Part shown: piece by piece, positions 1-8,901 of the stretch
Numbering within the stretch: the stretch's first letter is position 1
How the letters are laid out: each line of letters opens with the position of its first letter
Origin: a virus
Lineage: Duplodnaviria > Caudoviricetes
Direction: 5' to 3' (one strand)
Virus record (IMG/VR): IMGVR_UViG_3300034061_004194
Location: 1 to 32,518 of that record
Length of the DNA stretch: 32,518 bases
Program-made: the position numbers and the translations under genes
Notes under the pieces: model-generated
Seen by the model: the letters and a program-made list of their open reading frames with translations, nothing else
What the model was told of the DNA's origin: nothing
Databases searched by the model: none

Positions 1-13
1 GGTTCGGAGCCAT
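1..13. repeat. Left copy of 13-bp terminal direct repeat GGTTCGGAGCCAT (candidate cos cohesive end)
   Basis: Bases 1-13 are identical to 32506-32518; lies 14 nt upstream of the small terminase ATG. Confidence 0.85.
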
Positions 14-27
14 TCTGGTGAAATTTT

Positions 28-549
28 ATGAGTCGGCCTAAACGGCAATCCCAACAAACTAAAGAAGACCTGAGCGGTAGGGTATTAGGCGTGACTGAGT
101 TGGCGGATTTGCTGGGCCTCGACAAATCTACCGTGTCGGAAGCCTGTAAGAACGGGATGCCGCGCACATCCCTAGAGGCCGCTTTAGAGTGGCGCTCTAA
201 CCGGCCAGTGATCGGGGCCACGGTCAAATCTGCCACGATTGCCGAGGCCCGTCTGGCTAAACTCAACGCCGAGACGGCCCGGATCCAGTTCAAGCTGGCC
301 GTGGAGCGTGGCGAGTTCCTGCCGCGCGATCAGGTGCGCGAAGAAGCCACGACTATCGGCTCGGTCCTGATGGCAGAGCTTTCGGCCCTAGCAAATGACC
401 TACCAGGGCAACTCGCTGGCTTGTCTGAAATCCAAATTCGGGACCGCTTGCTTGCGCGCATGGATACACTGATTGAGACAACCCGTGGTAAATTACAGAC
501 TCTCCTCAATGTCAGACAACAGCCAGAAGCCGAAGAGACCGATCATTGA
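28..549 (+). CDS. Terminase small subunit, Nu1-like
   Basis: N-terminal HTH (GVTELADLLGLDKSTVSEACKNGMP), coiled segment EARLAKLNAETARIQFKLAVERGE; directly upstream of GpA-type terminase. Confidence 0.85.
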   Translation: MSRPKRQSQQTKEDLSGRVLGVTELADLLGLDKSTVSEACKNGMPRTSLEAALEWRSNRPVIGATVKSATIAEARLAKLNAETARIQFKLAVERGEFLPRDQVREEATTIGSVLMAELSALANDLPGQLAGLSEIQIRDRLLARMDTLIETTRGKLQTLLNVRQQPEAEETDH

Positions 550-2257
550 TGGGTTTCTGTCAGGCTGGCAGGCCAGATTTCGGGGGGACCCTCTCGACTG
601 GCTAGAGGAAAACATGGTGATCCCGCACTCGGCACGGGCGACCACCTTTGACCGAGCGGTTGCTCCGTGGCTCAACGATATCGTCGGGGCGTTTGCCTCG
701 GGACACTTTCGGCAGATTGCAATCCGCGCGCCGGTGGGTGGAGGGAAAACGACGCTGCTAGAGTTGCTCGTGACTTACGTGGTGGCCGAGGCCCCGGGCG
801 GGATGCTGCTAATCGGCCAAAGTGACGACATGGCCAAAGATTTTGCCGAAACGCGTCTCTTGCCGGTTTTGCAGGGGTGCAAAAAAACGGCGGTGCTGTT
901 TCCAAAAGACCGGCATCAAAAGCGCAAGACGTCGATTTTATTTCCCCACATGCCGCTGTTCATTGCGGGCGCAAACCTGTCCAGCCTGCAAGAGAAATCG
1001 ATGCGCTACGTTTGGATGGATGAGCTTTGGAGATGGCGGCCCGGAATGATCGGGGAGGCCCAGCGACGGACGCACGACCGGTGGAACTCTGTGGTGATCG
1101 GTGTGAGCCAAGGGTGGGACGAGTCGCACGAGGCCACGGCGTTTTTCGACACCGGGGAGCTGCGATCGTGGGGCGTCGAGTGCGCCGGCTGCGGTAGATG
1201 GCAGCGTCTAGCCTGGTCGCAAATCAAATGGGAGGACGTCACGCTGGAGGACGGCACGCCGGACTGGGAGGGAATTAGCGCGTCGGTGCGGCATGAGTGT
1301 GCAGACTGCGGCCACATCACGCGGGACACGGCGCAGGAACGACGGGCAATGGCTGGCCGGGGACGCTATGAGCGAATGCCGAGCAACGCGTTGGCGGGGC
1401 GCGTCTCGTTTGCGTATTCGGCTCTTGCGGTGTACTGGATCCCTTGGGCCACGCTTGTGGTGGAATGGCTCAAAGCGCAGATGCTGAAAAAAGCCGGTGA
1501 CGTGTCAGCGTTGCGGCAGTTTGTGCAGAAACGGCTGGCCGAGGTATGGCGCGAAGAAAATGAGGTGCCGGTGATTGAGTTGACCGGGAGCGACTACCTT
1601 AAAGCGGATTTGATCGACGGGCAGCGGATTGAGGGTGAGGCCCGCAGGTTTCTGACCATTGACCGGCAGCAGGATCACTTTTGGGCTCTTTGCCGTGCCT
1701 GGCGTGCGGACGGGACAAGCCGGCTGGTCTGGGAAGGGAAGGTGTTGACGCTGGAAAGCCTGCGGGACATCCAAGCGCGGTTAAAGGTTGAAGACTGGTG
1801 CGTATTTCAGGACGCCGGCTACGACGCTGGGAACGTGTACGACGAATGTGGCCAGTTTGGCTGGAATGCAATGCTCGGCCGTGGGGATGATTTCTTTTGG
1901 GTGGGCACGGGCCGGCAACGGCATCAGCGTGCGTTTTCGGAGCCTCGGCCAATCCGCAGCCCTCGGGGCCACGTGTGCAAAATGATCCTTTTCGCCAATG
2001 AGCCCATCAAGGACCAGCTGGTCCGGCTGCGCGGGCAGGGAAGCCCGGTGTGGGAGCATCCGAGGGACATCAGCCGCGATTGGATGGCCCACATGAACTC
2101 CGAAATTAAACGCGACACCGTTGACCGTGTGACCAAGCAAGTGAAGCAGAGGTATGTTTTGGTGAAAAAGCACAACCATCTCTGGGACTGCGAGGCGATG
2201 CAGTTGGTGGCCGCAGCGTATTTCCGCATCCTCTCTCAGATAGACCGGCAGGATTGA
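509..2257 (+). CDS. Terminase large subunit, lambda GpA family
   Basis: Walker A region APVGGGKTT, Walker B YVWMDE, two CxxC pairs, nuclease motifs LTIDRQ, DAGY, NHLWDCE. Start uncertain (ATG 509 chosen; ORF open from 473). Confidence 0.93.
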   Translation: MSDNSQKPKRPIIDGFLSGWQARFRGDPLDWLEENMVIPHSARATTFDRAVAPWLNDIVGAFASGHFRQIAIRAPVGGGKTTLLELLVTYVVAEAPGGMLLIGQSDDMAKDFAETRLLPVLQGCKKTAVLFPKDRHQKRKTSILFPHMPLFIAGANLSSLQEKSMRYVWMDELWRWRPGMIGEAQRRTHDRWNSVVIGVSQGWDESHEATAFFDTGELRSWGVECAGCGRWQRLAWSQIKWEDVTLEDGTPDWEGISASVRHECADCGHITRDTAQERRAMAGRGRYERMPSNALAGRVSFAYSALAVYWIPWATLVVEWLKAQMLKKAGDVSALRQFVQKRLAEVWREENEVPVIELTGSDYLKADLIDGQRIEGEARRFLTIDRQQDHFWALCRAWRADGTSRLVWEGKVLTLESLRDIQARLKVEDWCVFQDAGYDAGNVYDECGQFGWNAMLGRGDDFFWVGTGRQRHQRAFSEPRPIRSPRGHVCKMILFANEPIKDQLVRLRGQGSPVWEHPRDISRDWMAHMNSEIKRDTVDRVTKQVKQRYVLVKKHNHLWDCEAMQLVAAAYFRILSQIDRQD

Positions 2258-2276
2258 CAATCCGGCGCAAAACATG
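2254..2276 (+). promoter_or_regulatory. TTGACA-N14-ATG motif, copy 1 (before gpW-like/portal module)
   Basis: TTGACA 2254-2259, ATG 2274. Confidence 0.6.
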
Positions 2277-2540
2277 GACGCGCCGCCGCAAGTCATCCTC
2301 AACGTGTTTTTGGCGCAGGATATCGCTTTGCTGCGGAACCTGCGGGACTCCGCTTTTGACGCGGTCAGCGCGGGGGAGGGTACGCTTGTTTCTTCCAGCG
2401 TAAACGGATCCAGCTTCTCTTTTTCTGTCCCTTCCAGTCTTAGCAAGATGCAGGTCATGGCCATGGCTCAGATGGCTCTGGATTATCGGGCGCGCAACAT
2501 CTGCCGCGCGGTGACCCGCACGCAGGCCATGTTTAACTGA
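2274..2540 (+). CDS. Head completion / head-tail joining protein (gpW position)
   Basis: 88 aa between terminase and portal; SSSVNGSSFSF beta-hairpin resembles gpW-like proteins; synteny with lambda A-W-B-C. Confidence 0.6.
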   Translation: MDAPPQVILNVFLAQDIALLRNLRDSAFDAVSAGEGTLVSSSVNGSSFSFSVPSSLSKMQVMAMAQMALDYRARNICRAVTRTQAMFN

Positions 2541-2542
2541 CC

Positions 2543-4021
2543 ATGATCAAAGATTTTCTCAACCGGATCAAAAGCAGCCTCGGTTTTGGGTTGGGCCGGC
2601 CCGATCAGTTGCGGCTGGCCAATGGTGGTTATTGGGGAATGCGGCCTCAGATAGGCAACTACGCGCAGCCCCTGGACAAGAACATCAACGTCGGCGAATG
2701 GCGCACGATTGTGAACGCCAGCCAAAAACTTTTCTGGAACTTCGGCCCGGCGCAAGGAGCCTTGCAGGAAAAAAGCACTTACGTGGTGGGGCGGTCATGG
2801 CTGCCACGGTTTGAGGGTGAGGATAAAGAGTGGGGCCGGATTGCGACTGAATGGCTGATTGGCCAGTTTTACGGGGTCAGCCACGTGAACGGGATGGATT
2901 TTCAAACCGCCCTCTATCTCGACAGCCTGAGCGTTGACCGGGATGGGGACGTGTTTTGCCTCTACACGGAAAGCCGCGACGGGTACCCGCAATTTCAACA
3001 AATTCCCTGGCACGCGGTCGGGGCCCGTGATCTTGATGACGTGGTGAAAGAGGGGCCCTACCGTGGCCTTCGAATGCACAACGGGGTGATCTTAAATGAA
3101 TATGGCCGGCCCGTAGCGTTTCGCATTCTAGGGCGCACCCCGGCGGAGGATCGCGACATTTCAGCGCGCAACATGGATTTCATCCGTGAGCCCGTGGCGC
3201 CGGATCAGACGCGCGGTCTGCCTGCGTTCACTTCGGCCATCCTCGACCTCCGCGACCTGATGACGATGCAAGATTACGTGCGCCAGGCGGCCAAACTTGC
3301 GGCAGCCATCGGCCTGATCGAGCACAACGAGGCTGGCATGGCGGACATGGCTGACCCGGCCTACGCGTTGCAACGCACCGGCCCGAGCCAGCAGGGTATC
3401 GTCGGTGAGGAAATTTTTGGGGGCACCGTGCGCTATTTCCGCGCGAACTCTGGCGCAAAGCTGGAGCAACTCAAAAGCGAAGTGCCAAGCGAGGCGACCA
3501 ACAGTCTAATGGAGCGACTCCTACGGAACGCGCTGCACGGGGCCGGCCTGCCGTATGAATTTTTCTGGGACGCCAGCAAACTTGGGGGTGCGTCGGTGCG
3601 TGCGATGGTCGCAAAGGTCAATCGCACCGTGGCTGACCGACAGGACCTCATCCGGCCAGCTGCCAAGCGGCGCGTGGGCTACGCGGTCAGCAAGGCGATC
3701 AAGCTAGGCATCCTGCCGCAGTACCGTGGTGCGGATCTCGGGGGGAGCCTCAAATGGAGCTTCACGACGCCGCCGCAAGTGACGGTGGACGCCGGCTACG
3801 CCAACGCCGACGCCCGTGAGGCCTACAAGCTCGGAATGCGGACCCTTACTGAAATTTTGGCAGAGGGCGGGCGGACATTGACCGATCATCTCGACGAGCG
3901 GGAACGCGAAGAGGTTGAGATTCGCACGCGCATGGAGCGCAGTGGCCTTCCTGAATCCGCGTTTCGGGTCATCCCCGGTGTGACATTGCAGCAAATGCCA
4001 GAGAGTACCATCCCCACCTAA
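2543..4021 (+). CDS. Portal protein, lambda gpB family
   Basis: 492 aa; motifs DRDGDVF, NGVILNEYGRPVAF, DQTRGLP, GLPYE, WSFTTPPQVTVD typical of lambda-like portals; synteny. Confidence 0.92.
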   Translation: MIKDFLNRIKSSLGFGLGRPDQLRLANGGYWGMRPQIGNYAQPLDKNINVGEWRTIVNASQKLFWNFGPAQGALQEKSTYVVGRSWLPRFEGEDKEWGRIATEWLIGQFYGVSHVNGMDFQTALYLDSLSVDRDGDVFCLYTESRDGYPQFQQIPWHAVGARDLDDVVKEGPYRGLRMHNGVILNEYGRPVAFRILGRTPAEDRDISARNMDFIREPVAPDQTRGLPAFTSAILDLRDLMTMQDYVRQAAKLAAAIGLIEHNEAGMADMADPAYALQRTGPSQQGIVGEEIFGGTVRYFRANSGAKLEQLKSEVPSEATNSLMERLLRNALHGAGLPYEFFWDASKLGGASVRAMVAKVNRTVADRQDLIRPAAKRRVGYAVSKAIKLGILPQYRGADLGGSLKWSFTTPPQVTVDAGYANADAREAYKLGMRTLTEILAEGGRTLTDHLDEREREEVEIRTRMERSGLPESAFRVIPGVTLQQMPESTIPT

Positions 4022-4023
4022 AA

Positions 4024-4836
4024 ATGAGATTTCAGCGTGTTTTTGAGCAGGTGTTTTTCCGGCCTTGGTTCATCACGGCCGAGGGTCACGCGGCGGTTGC
4101 CAAAGTCGTCCAAAACGCGATGGTGCGGGCCAACGGGCATGAGGATTTGTCGATGTTTATGAATCCCCGCGAGGAAATGGAGATTCTTCCAAGCGGGATT
4201 GCCAAAATTCATGTGTGCGGGGTACTTGGCAAGGGGTTGTCTGGCATTGAAAAATCCTGCGGCAACACGGATTACGAAGACATTGCCGACGAGATTGAAG
4301 AAGCAATCGAGCTTGGCGCGCGTGGAATCTTCCTAGAGATCTCAAGCCCCGGTGGCACCGTTGTGGGCAACGCGGAAATCGCCGAGGCTGTGGCGGCGTC
4401 ACCCATTCCTGTGCTGGCATTTAGCGACGACCTCGCGTGTAGCGCGGCCTACAACATCGCAGTTTCCGCCGGCTGGTGCATGGGCACACCGTCATCCACT
4501 TGGGGCAGCATTGGCACGATTATCCCCTGGATTGACCAAAGTGCGAGCTGGTCCATGCAGGGCTTGGAATGGGCCCCGATTACTAACGCCGAGGGGGATC
4601 TAAAGGCGGCAATGCACGGGCCTAGTCTGACGCCGGATCAGCGGGCCAGCCTGGAGCAGTACGTGCAGGACGCTTTTGACCAATTCCGGGGGAACGTGCT
4701 GCGCCGCCGGTTGGTAAGCGCGGACGCCATGCGAGGCCAGGCGTTCTTTGCGCCACGGGCTTTGAGCGAAAACTTAATCGACCGGATCATTTCCGAGGAT
4801 GAGGCGATGGCATTCTTGGAATCTCAGTTGAGTTGA
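4024..4836 (+). CDS. Prohead protease, S49 (SppA/lambda gpC-like)
   Basis: ISSPGGTVVG, ACSAAYNIA, GSIG motifs of S49 peptidases; follows portal. Confidence 0.92.
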   Translation: MRFQRVFEQVFFRPWFITAEGHAAVAKVVQNAMVRANGHEDLSMFMNPREEMEILPSGIAKIHVCGVLGKGLSGIEKSCGNTDYEDIADEIEEAIELGARGIFLEISSPGGTVVGNAEIAEAVAASPIPVLAFSDDLACSAAYNIAVSAGWCMGTPSSTWGSIGTIIPWIDQSASWSMQGLEWAPITNAEGDLKAAMHGPSLTPDQRASLEQYVQDAFDQFRGNVLRRRLVSADAMRGQAFFAPRALSENLIDRIISEDEAMAFLESQLS

Positions 4837-4855
4837 CAGCCGAAAAAGGGGCATG
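4833..4855 (+). promoter_or_regulatory. TTGACA-N14-ATG motif, copy 2 (before scaffold/capsid)
   Basis: TTGACA 4833-4838, ATG 4853. Confidence 0.6.
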
Positions 4856-5251
4856 GAAGCCCCTAAAACGCTGACTGAAGCGCGGGCCACGCTGAAAGCG
4901 CACCAAGAGCAGATGGATGCTCTACGCGCCGAACTAGTGGCCGCCAATGAATTGCTCGCCGAAGCACAGAATGCCGCGCAAGGCATTGACCTTTTGCGGA
5001 ACGAGAACGCTGTGCTTTTGGCCGAGAAAATGGCTCTCGAAGCCAAAAATCTCGAACTCAACGAGGCCGCAAAATCTGCCGAACTCCGCGTGACGGAGGC
5101 CATGGCATCCCTCGGGGTGCCCCCGGTTGCAATCGCACCGGAGCCTGTCGCACCGAAATCGAAAGCCGAACTTTGGGCCGAGTACCACAAACTCCCGATC
5201 GAAAACCGGAATGCGTTCTACGCCGCAAACCGCGCCGCGATGCGAGACTAA
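4853..5251 (+). CDS. Capsid scaffolding protein (putative)
   Basis: Ala/Glu-rich coiled coil, Pro-rich linker, short C-terminal helical hairpin; between protease and capsid. Confidence 0.7.
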   Translation: MEAPKTLTEARATLKAHQEQMDALRAELVAANELLAEAQNAAQGIDLLRNENAVLLAEKMALEAKNLELNEAAKSAELRVTEAMASLGVPPVAIAPEPVAPKSKAELWAEYHKLPIENRNAFYAANRAAMRD

Positions 5252-5281
5252 GCAACCCCAACCAAAACCAAATAGAATACC

Positions 5282-6166
5282 ATGGCTACCAACACCATCG
5301 CGGGGTGCAACCTCGCACAAATCGCGCAAGAATCGCTGCCTTTTGCGGCCAGCGTTTTTGCTCCCCTAAACGCATTCGTCACGGACTTTTCCGCTGACGT
5401 TGCGGCCAACAGCGCATCCGTCACAACCCGGATTCCTACCCGCCCAACGGCGGTGGATTTGTCCAGCGGCTACACGCAGCAGGACACCGAGACGGTTGCA
5501 AAAACCATCACGCTCAACCAGTTCCCCGGTTTTGTGTGGGGCTTCAATGATTTGGAGCGCAGCAAGTCCGCGATCAACCTTAACGACCTTTTCGTGCAAC
5601 CGGCCCTCACGGCTGTGGGCGCGGCGGTGTTCGAGTACATCTGGAATTTGGTGACATCCAGCAACTTCGCAACGTCCTCCACGATTACTGCGGCAAATTT
5701 CGATCGTGATGATCTCGCTGACATCAGCGCGACGTTGACCAGCAGCAAAAAGGCCCCTAAGCCGAACCGCTCGCTGATTGTAAATCCGACGTACTACGCG
5801 TCCCTGGTCAAGACCCTCAACAGCGCGGAAATCCCTGGGATTACCGCACAGAAAGAGGAAGGCGTGGTGCCCCGCGTGGCTGGGTTCGACATTTACGAAT
5901 CCGACCTCGCCGACGCCAACAGCGCGAACCTGACCGGCTTTGCGGCCCATCGGTCCTCGCTGATCGTGGCGGCCCGCAGCGTCGATAGCACCGGCTTTGT
6001 CGAGTCCGGTGGCGAAATCGCTGACGTGGTGGTGCCTGGCCTCAACCTGCCCCTGCAATGGCGCCGCTGGTACAACCACGATGAGGGTGTGCTTAAGTAC
6101 TCCCTCAGCGTCCTCTTCGGAGCCTCTGCCGGCACCGACATGGGCGTGCGCATCGTCAGCGCGTAA
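5282..6166 (+). CDS. Major capsid protein (HK97 fold inferred)
   Basis: 294 aa after scaffold, followed by strong terminator; RSLIVNPTYYASL and VPRVAGFDIYES resemble P-domain motifs of phage coat proteins. Confidence 0.85.
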   Translation: MATNTIAGCNLAQIAQESLPFAASVFAPLNAFVTDFSADVAANSASVTTRIPTRPTAVDLSSGYTQQDTETVAKTITLNQFPGFVWGFNDLERSKSAINLNDLFVQPALTAVGAAVFEYIWNLVTSSNFATSSTITAANFDRDDLADISATLTSSKKAPKPNRSLIVNPTYYASLVKTLNSAEIPGITAQKEEGVVPRVAGFDIYESDLADANSANLTGFAAHRSSLIVAARSVDSTGFVESGGEIADVVVPGLNLPLQWRRWYNHDEGVLKYSLSVLFGASAGTDMGVRIVSA

Positions 6167-6185
6167 TTTCCCGAGTGAGCGCATA

Positions 6186-6225
6186 GCGACCGTCGAGGGG
6201 GCGACCTCTCGGCGGTTGTTTTTTT
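6186..6225 (+). terminator. Rho-independent terminator after capsid gene
   Basis: 15-bp stem (6186-6200/6205-6219, with G-U pairs), GCGA tetraloop, T-tract to 6225. Confidence 0.85.
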
Positions 6226-6250
6226 GCAAGGTGTCGCTAAATTGCGGGCC

Positions 6251-6469
6251 ATGACAAAATTAGCCATCGTCACTCACCGGACCGGCCTCAAACCGGATGT
6301 AGTTTTTCACGGCACGCCGGATGAGGCGTTGCGGTTCTACAAGGCCTTTGACACGCCGGGGGAGGTGTGCCTGTTTTTCTGCCGCATCGCCGAGCGCACA
6401 AAAAAGCTGCGAGCGACCGAGCCAGAACCTGAGGCCCTCGCACCAAAATCTAAACGCCGCGTATTCTGA
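6251..6469 (+). CDS. Hypothetical protein (72 aa)
   Basis: ATG 6251; stop overlaps next start (TGATG). Confidence 0.6.
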   Translation: MTKLAIVTHRTGLKPDVVFHGTPDEALRFYKAFDTPGEVCLFFCRIAERTKKLRATEPEPEALAPKSKRRVF

Positions 6470-6768
6470 TGGGCTTTTTTGAAATCAACAGCACAGCAGC
6501 AGAGCAGGCGATTGCCTACATGGGGCGGCAGTTTACGTTTCGCGGCACGGTGTACAAAGCCATCGTCAATGAGGTTGAAACGGATCCTGACCTGCAACTT
6601 GGCGGAAATCAGCCCAACATTTCGCTGGCAATTTACGTGCGCAAAACTGGCTTCCCAACGCCGGCGGTCGGCGAGCTGGTGCAGTTTGAGGGAACGTCTT
6701 ACCGGATCTCATCAATCCTCAGCGACGTGATTTCGTACACGCTCAACGTCGAGGACCCTGCACAATGA
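6469..6768 (+). CDS. Head-tail joining protein (gpFII-like)
   Basis: 99 aa beta-rich, PAVGELVQFEGTSYRI pattern typical of head-closure proteins; synteny. Confidence 0.7.
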   Translation: MGFFEINSTAAEQAIAYMGRQFTFRGTVYKAIVNEVETDPDLQLGGNQPNISLAIYVRKTGFPTPAVGELVQFEGTSYRISSILSDVISYTLNVEDPAQ

Positions 6769-7148
6769 TTGACCAGCTACTGATCAACGCAATCGGTGAC
6801 GCGTTAGCAATCGAACTGCCTGGCGTTTACATCGGACGCCAACACACGCATGACGACATCACACTGCCGGCGTTGTTGCTGAGTATCGAGGGCGAGGCCG
6901 TGGTGGGTGGTAACATCTACCGGGGGACCCTCACCGCCATGGCGGTTTCGGCTAGCGCGGACACTACTTCAACGGCGCACGCTGAGTTTGCAAAAAACGC
7001 TGATGCAGCAATCCGCGCGCTTTCAATCTCAGATCCGCCTAACGTGGCCTTGTACGGTGTGGTGGCGACCGGGACTAGCGCAGAGGTTGACCAGAATCAG
7101 TTTCGCACGGGCCTGACTTACATCGTGGGTTATGGGCCTACCGCTTGA
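6765..7148 (+). CDS. Tail terminator/completion protein (putative)
   Basis: 127 aa, alpha/beta pattern with LPALLLSIE, immediately before tube-like genes; synteny only. Confidence 0.5.
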   Translation: MIDQLLINAIGDALAIELPGVYIGRQHTHDDITLPALLLSIEGEAVVGGNIYRGTLTAMAVSASADTTSTAHAEFAKNADAAIRALSISDPPNVALYGVVATGTSAEVDQNQFRTGLTYIVGYGPTA

Positions 7149-7166
7149 CAAATTCGGAGAGGCATG
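7145..7166 (+). promoter_or_regulatory. TTGACA-N13-ATG motif, copy 3 (before tail tube-like genes)
   Basis: TTGACA 7145-7150, ATG 7164. Confidence 0.6.
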
Positions 7167-7478
7167 CCAGCGACATTTGGAGTCCAAGACGATTTTGGCG
7201 GCACAGCCCCCTCGGGAGGCTGGATGCAAGAATCCAGCAAAGAGCAGACCGTTGAGGTTGCCTCAATCAAAGACGAGAATGGTGCAACCGTGGTTGCTCA
7301 GCCCAAGGGCGTTGTGACCACCACCGTGGTGATCAAATCCAAGGGTGACGTTTCGATTGGCACAGCTCCGAGCATTGGATCCTTCAGCGGATTCAAGGTA
7401 ACATCGGCCAAAATTTCCGAAAGCAACGATGATTTCCGCACGGCGGAGATCACCGCAGTTGAGTACTCTACCCTGTAA
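7164..7478 (+). CDS. Small tail tube-like protein, paralogue 1
   Basis: 104 aa, Thr/Ser/Val beta-rich; shares TSxK...N(D/E)DF...Y C-terminal pattern with next gene; position of major tail protein. Confidence 0.6.
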   Translation: MPATFGVQDDFGGTAPSGGWMQESSKEQTVEVASIKDENGATVVAQPKGVVTTTVVIKSKGDVSIGTAPSIGSFSGFKVTSAKISESNDDFRTAEITAVEYSTL

Positions 7479-7484
7479 CCCACC

Positions 7485-7799
7485 ATGCCATCTGCCAACG
7501 GATTTGGAATTGCGGCCCTGACGGGCAGCCTGATTGAGTCGGTGGAAATTTCCTACGACTCGGAAACGAAAATGCTGATGGATCGCCTTGGGGATTTTTC
7601 CGAGGCCCGGATTATCGATGTCACGCAGGGTTTTACCGTGCGCGGCACCGGAACCACAGCGGTCAGCATCGGCAGTGCCTCGGGCGCGCCGGCCTCGTTG
7701 TCTGGGAAGATTGTCATCACGTCGGTTAAGCAGACGCAGACCAACGAGGATTTTGAAAAGTTTGAGTACAGCGGGACGGCCTACCCTAACGCCAGTTAG
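7485..7799 (+). CDS. Small tail tube-like protein, paralogue 2
   Basis: 104 aa; ITSVKQTQTNEDF vs VTSAKISESNDDF in paralogue 1. Confidence 0.6.
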   Translation: MPSANGFGIAALTGSLIESVEISYDSETKMLMDRLGDFSEARIIDVTQGFTVRGTGTTAVSIGSASGAPASLSGKIVITSVKQTQTNEDFEKFEYSGTAYPNAS

Positions 7800-7832
7800 G
7801 CCACGCCGGGCAGGGCCCGGAGATGATTTATT

Positions 7833-8291
7833 ATGAAACCAGGACAGAGCATTGAGTTTGTGCGCGACATCAATCTGCCGCCAACGAAAAGCAACAACAC
7901 GCGGCTGATTAGCGCCGCGTTTTCCTGCGGCCTAAAGCCGTTACCGGAGGGAGCCTACAGCGACACCGTGCAGGAGACTGCGTCAGGGCCTAAACGCACG
8001 GTGACATGGGCAATGGACGGCGATGTAAAGGCCGTGTTTGAACCCATCGCAGAACGCGAGGAAATTACGTTTCTTGAGTTTCGGACGCGCTTCAATGATC
8101 TCGATTGGTGCCTTGCCAACGCTAACCATCCTATCGCTTATCTGCGCGCATTCTGCGACAACGAAAAGAGGCTGCTGGAGTTTGTGAAAGGTCAAAAGCC
8201 GAGCATCCTGATTGAGCGCAATGGGCGCACCGTGGTGCTGCCGGCGGATTGTAAGCCGGAGATCAAAAACAAGATCCTTGCAATGCTATGA
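7833..8291 (+). CDS. Hypothetical protein (152 aa) in tail module
   Basis: Clean ORF, ATGA overlap with next gene; no recognised motif. Confidence 0.7.
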   Translation: MKPGQSIEFVRDINLPPTKSNNTRLISAAFSCGLKPLPEGAYSDTVQETASGPKRTVTWAMDGDVKAVFEPIAEREEITFLEFRTRFNDLDWCLANANHPIAYLRAFCDNEKRLLEFVKGQKPSILIERNGRTVVLPADCKPEIKNKILAML

Positions 8292-8674
8292 GCCTCGACG
8301 ACGCATTTTTTGATGGGCAAGCGCAAGTGGGCAGTCTGACGCTTAGGCCGTTCACCATTGGCAGCATGACGGCCTGCCGTAAACTCGGCCTGACGCTTTT
8401 CACCGGCGAAGCAACGGACACGACGCCGGACGACGTGCAGCGGCAGGTTGTGGCGTTTGCCTGGCTCCAAAGCACGCCGGTGGCCAAGGTGCTAGCGTGC
8501 CTGCGGGACAACACGGCGCAGGCTGCGATTGACGCGTTTGAATGGGCGTTAAAACCGTCTGACCTGCCATTGCTGGAGGCTGAGATCAACCGGATCTCGC
8601 AGAGCGTTGGAGCGGCTGCGGTGGACGTGGTGCAACGTGACGTGACCCCTGACCCGCAACAGCCGGGAAACTAA
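8288..8674 (+). CDS. Tail assembly chaperone (gpG-like)
   Basis: LTLRPFTIG N-terminal pattern, ends at slippery G GGA AAC just before the stop; upstream of tape measure. Confidence 0.75.
   Translation: MSLDDAFFDGQAQVGSLTLRPFTIGSMTACRKLGLTLFTGEATDTTPDDVQRQVVAFAWLQSTPVAKVLACLRDNTAQAAIDAFEWALKPSDLPLLEAEINRISQSVGAAAVDVVQRDVTPDPQQPGN
8665..8671 (+). other. Programmed -1 ribosomal frameshift site GGGAAAC
   Basis: X XXY YYZ heptamer in frame at the end of 8288..8674; the -1 frame is open from 8671 to the stop at 8901. Confidence 0.8.
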
Positions 8675-8901
8675 TTGCGCCAGGGTGGACCGCTTCAATG
8701 ACGTTTGCCCTGGCGCAGAATACCGCGTGGACCGAGGCGCAAATTTTATGGGAGGTGCCATTGTCTAGGGCGCTGCAATACTGGCATGCCTACCTGTACT
8801 CAAACGGGGTTTGGACCGTGCCAAAGGCCCCGCCGGCGGATGAGACGATTTCGCGGTTGTCGGCGTTCATTGAGTCGATTGACGAGGCGGAGGACGTATG
8901 A
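8671..8901 (+). CDS. C-terminal (gpT-like) part of frameshifted tail chaperone
   Basis: -1 frame relative to upstream gene, includes the 8698..8901 ORF; WTEAQILWEVPL resembles gpT-type segments. Confidence 0.7.
   Translation, partial: LIAPGWTASMTFALAQNTAWTEAQILWEVPLSRALQYWHAYLYSNGVWTVPKAPPADETISRLSAFIESIDEAEDV

Noticed and set aside
1-13. Terminal repeat as prophage att core
   Set aside because: No integrase or host flanks, and the position next to terS fits cos better; not formally excluded.
5366-6229. 287-aa minus-strand ORF opposite the capsid gene (similarly 1781..2464, 11018..11959, 11944..12765, 22827..23519, 29918..30610)
   Set aside because: Antisense shadows of well-supported + strand genes in GC-rich DNA; no recognisable motifs.
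6348-6369. Sixth TTGACA, 13 nt before a GTG
   Set aside because: Inside the 6251..6469 CDS; the GTG opens only a ~21-codon frame, so not counted as a motif copy.
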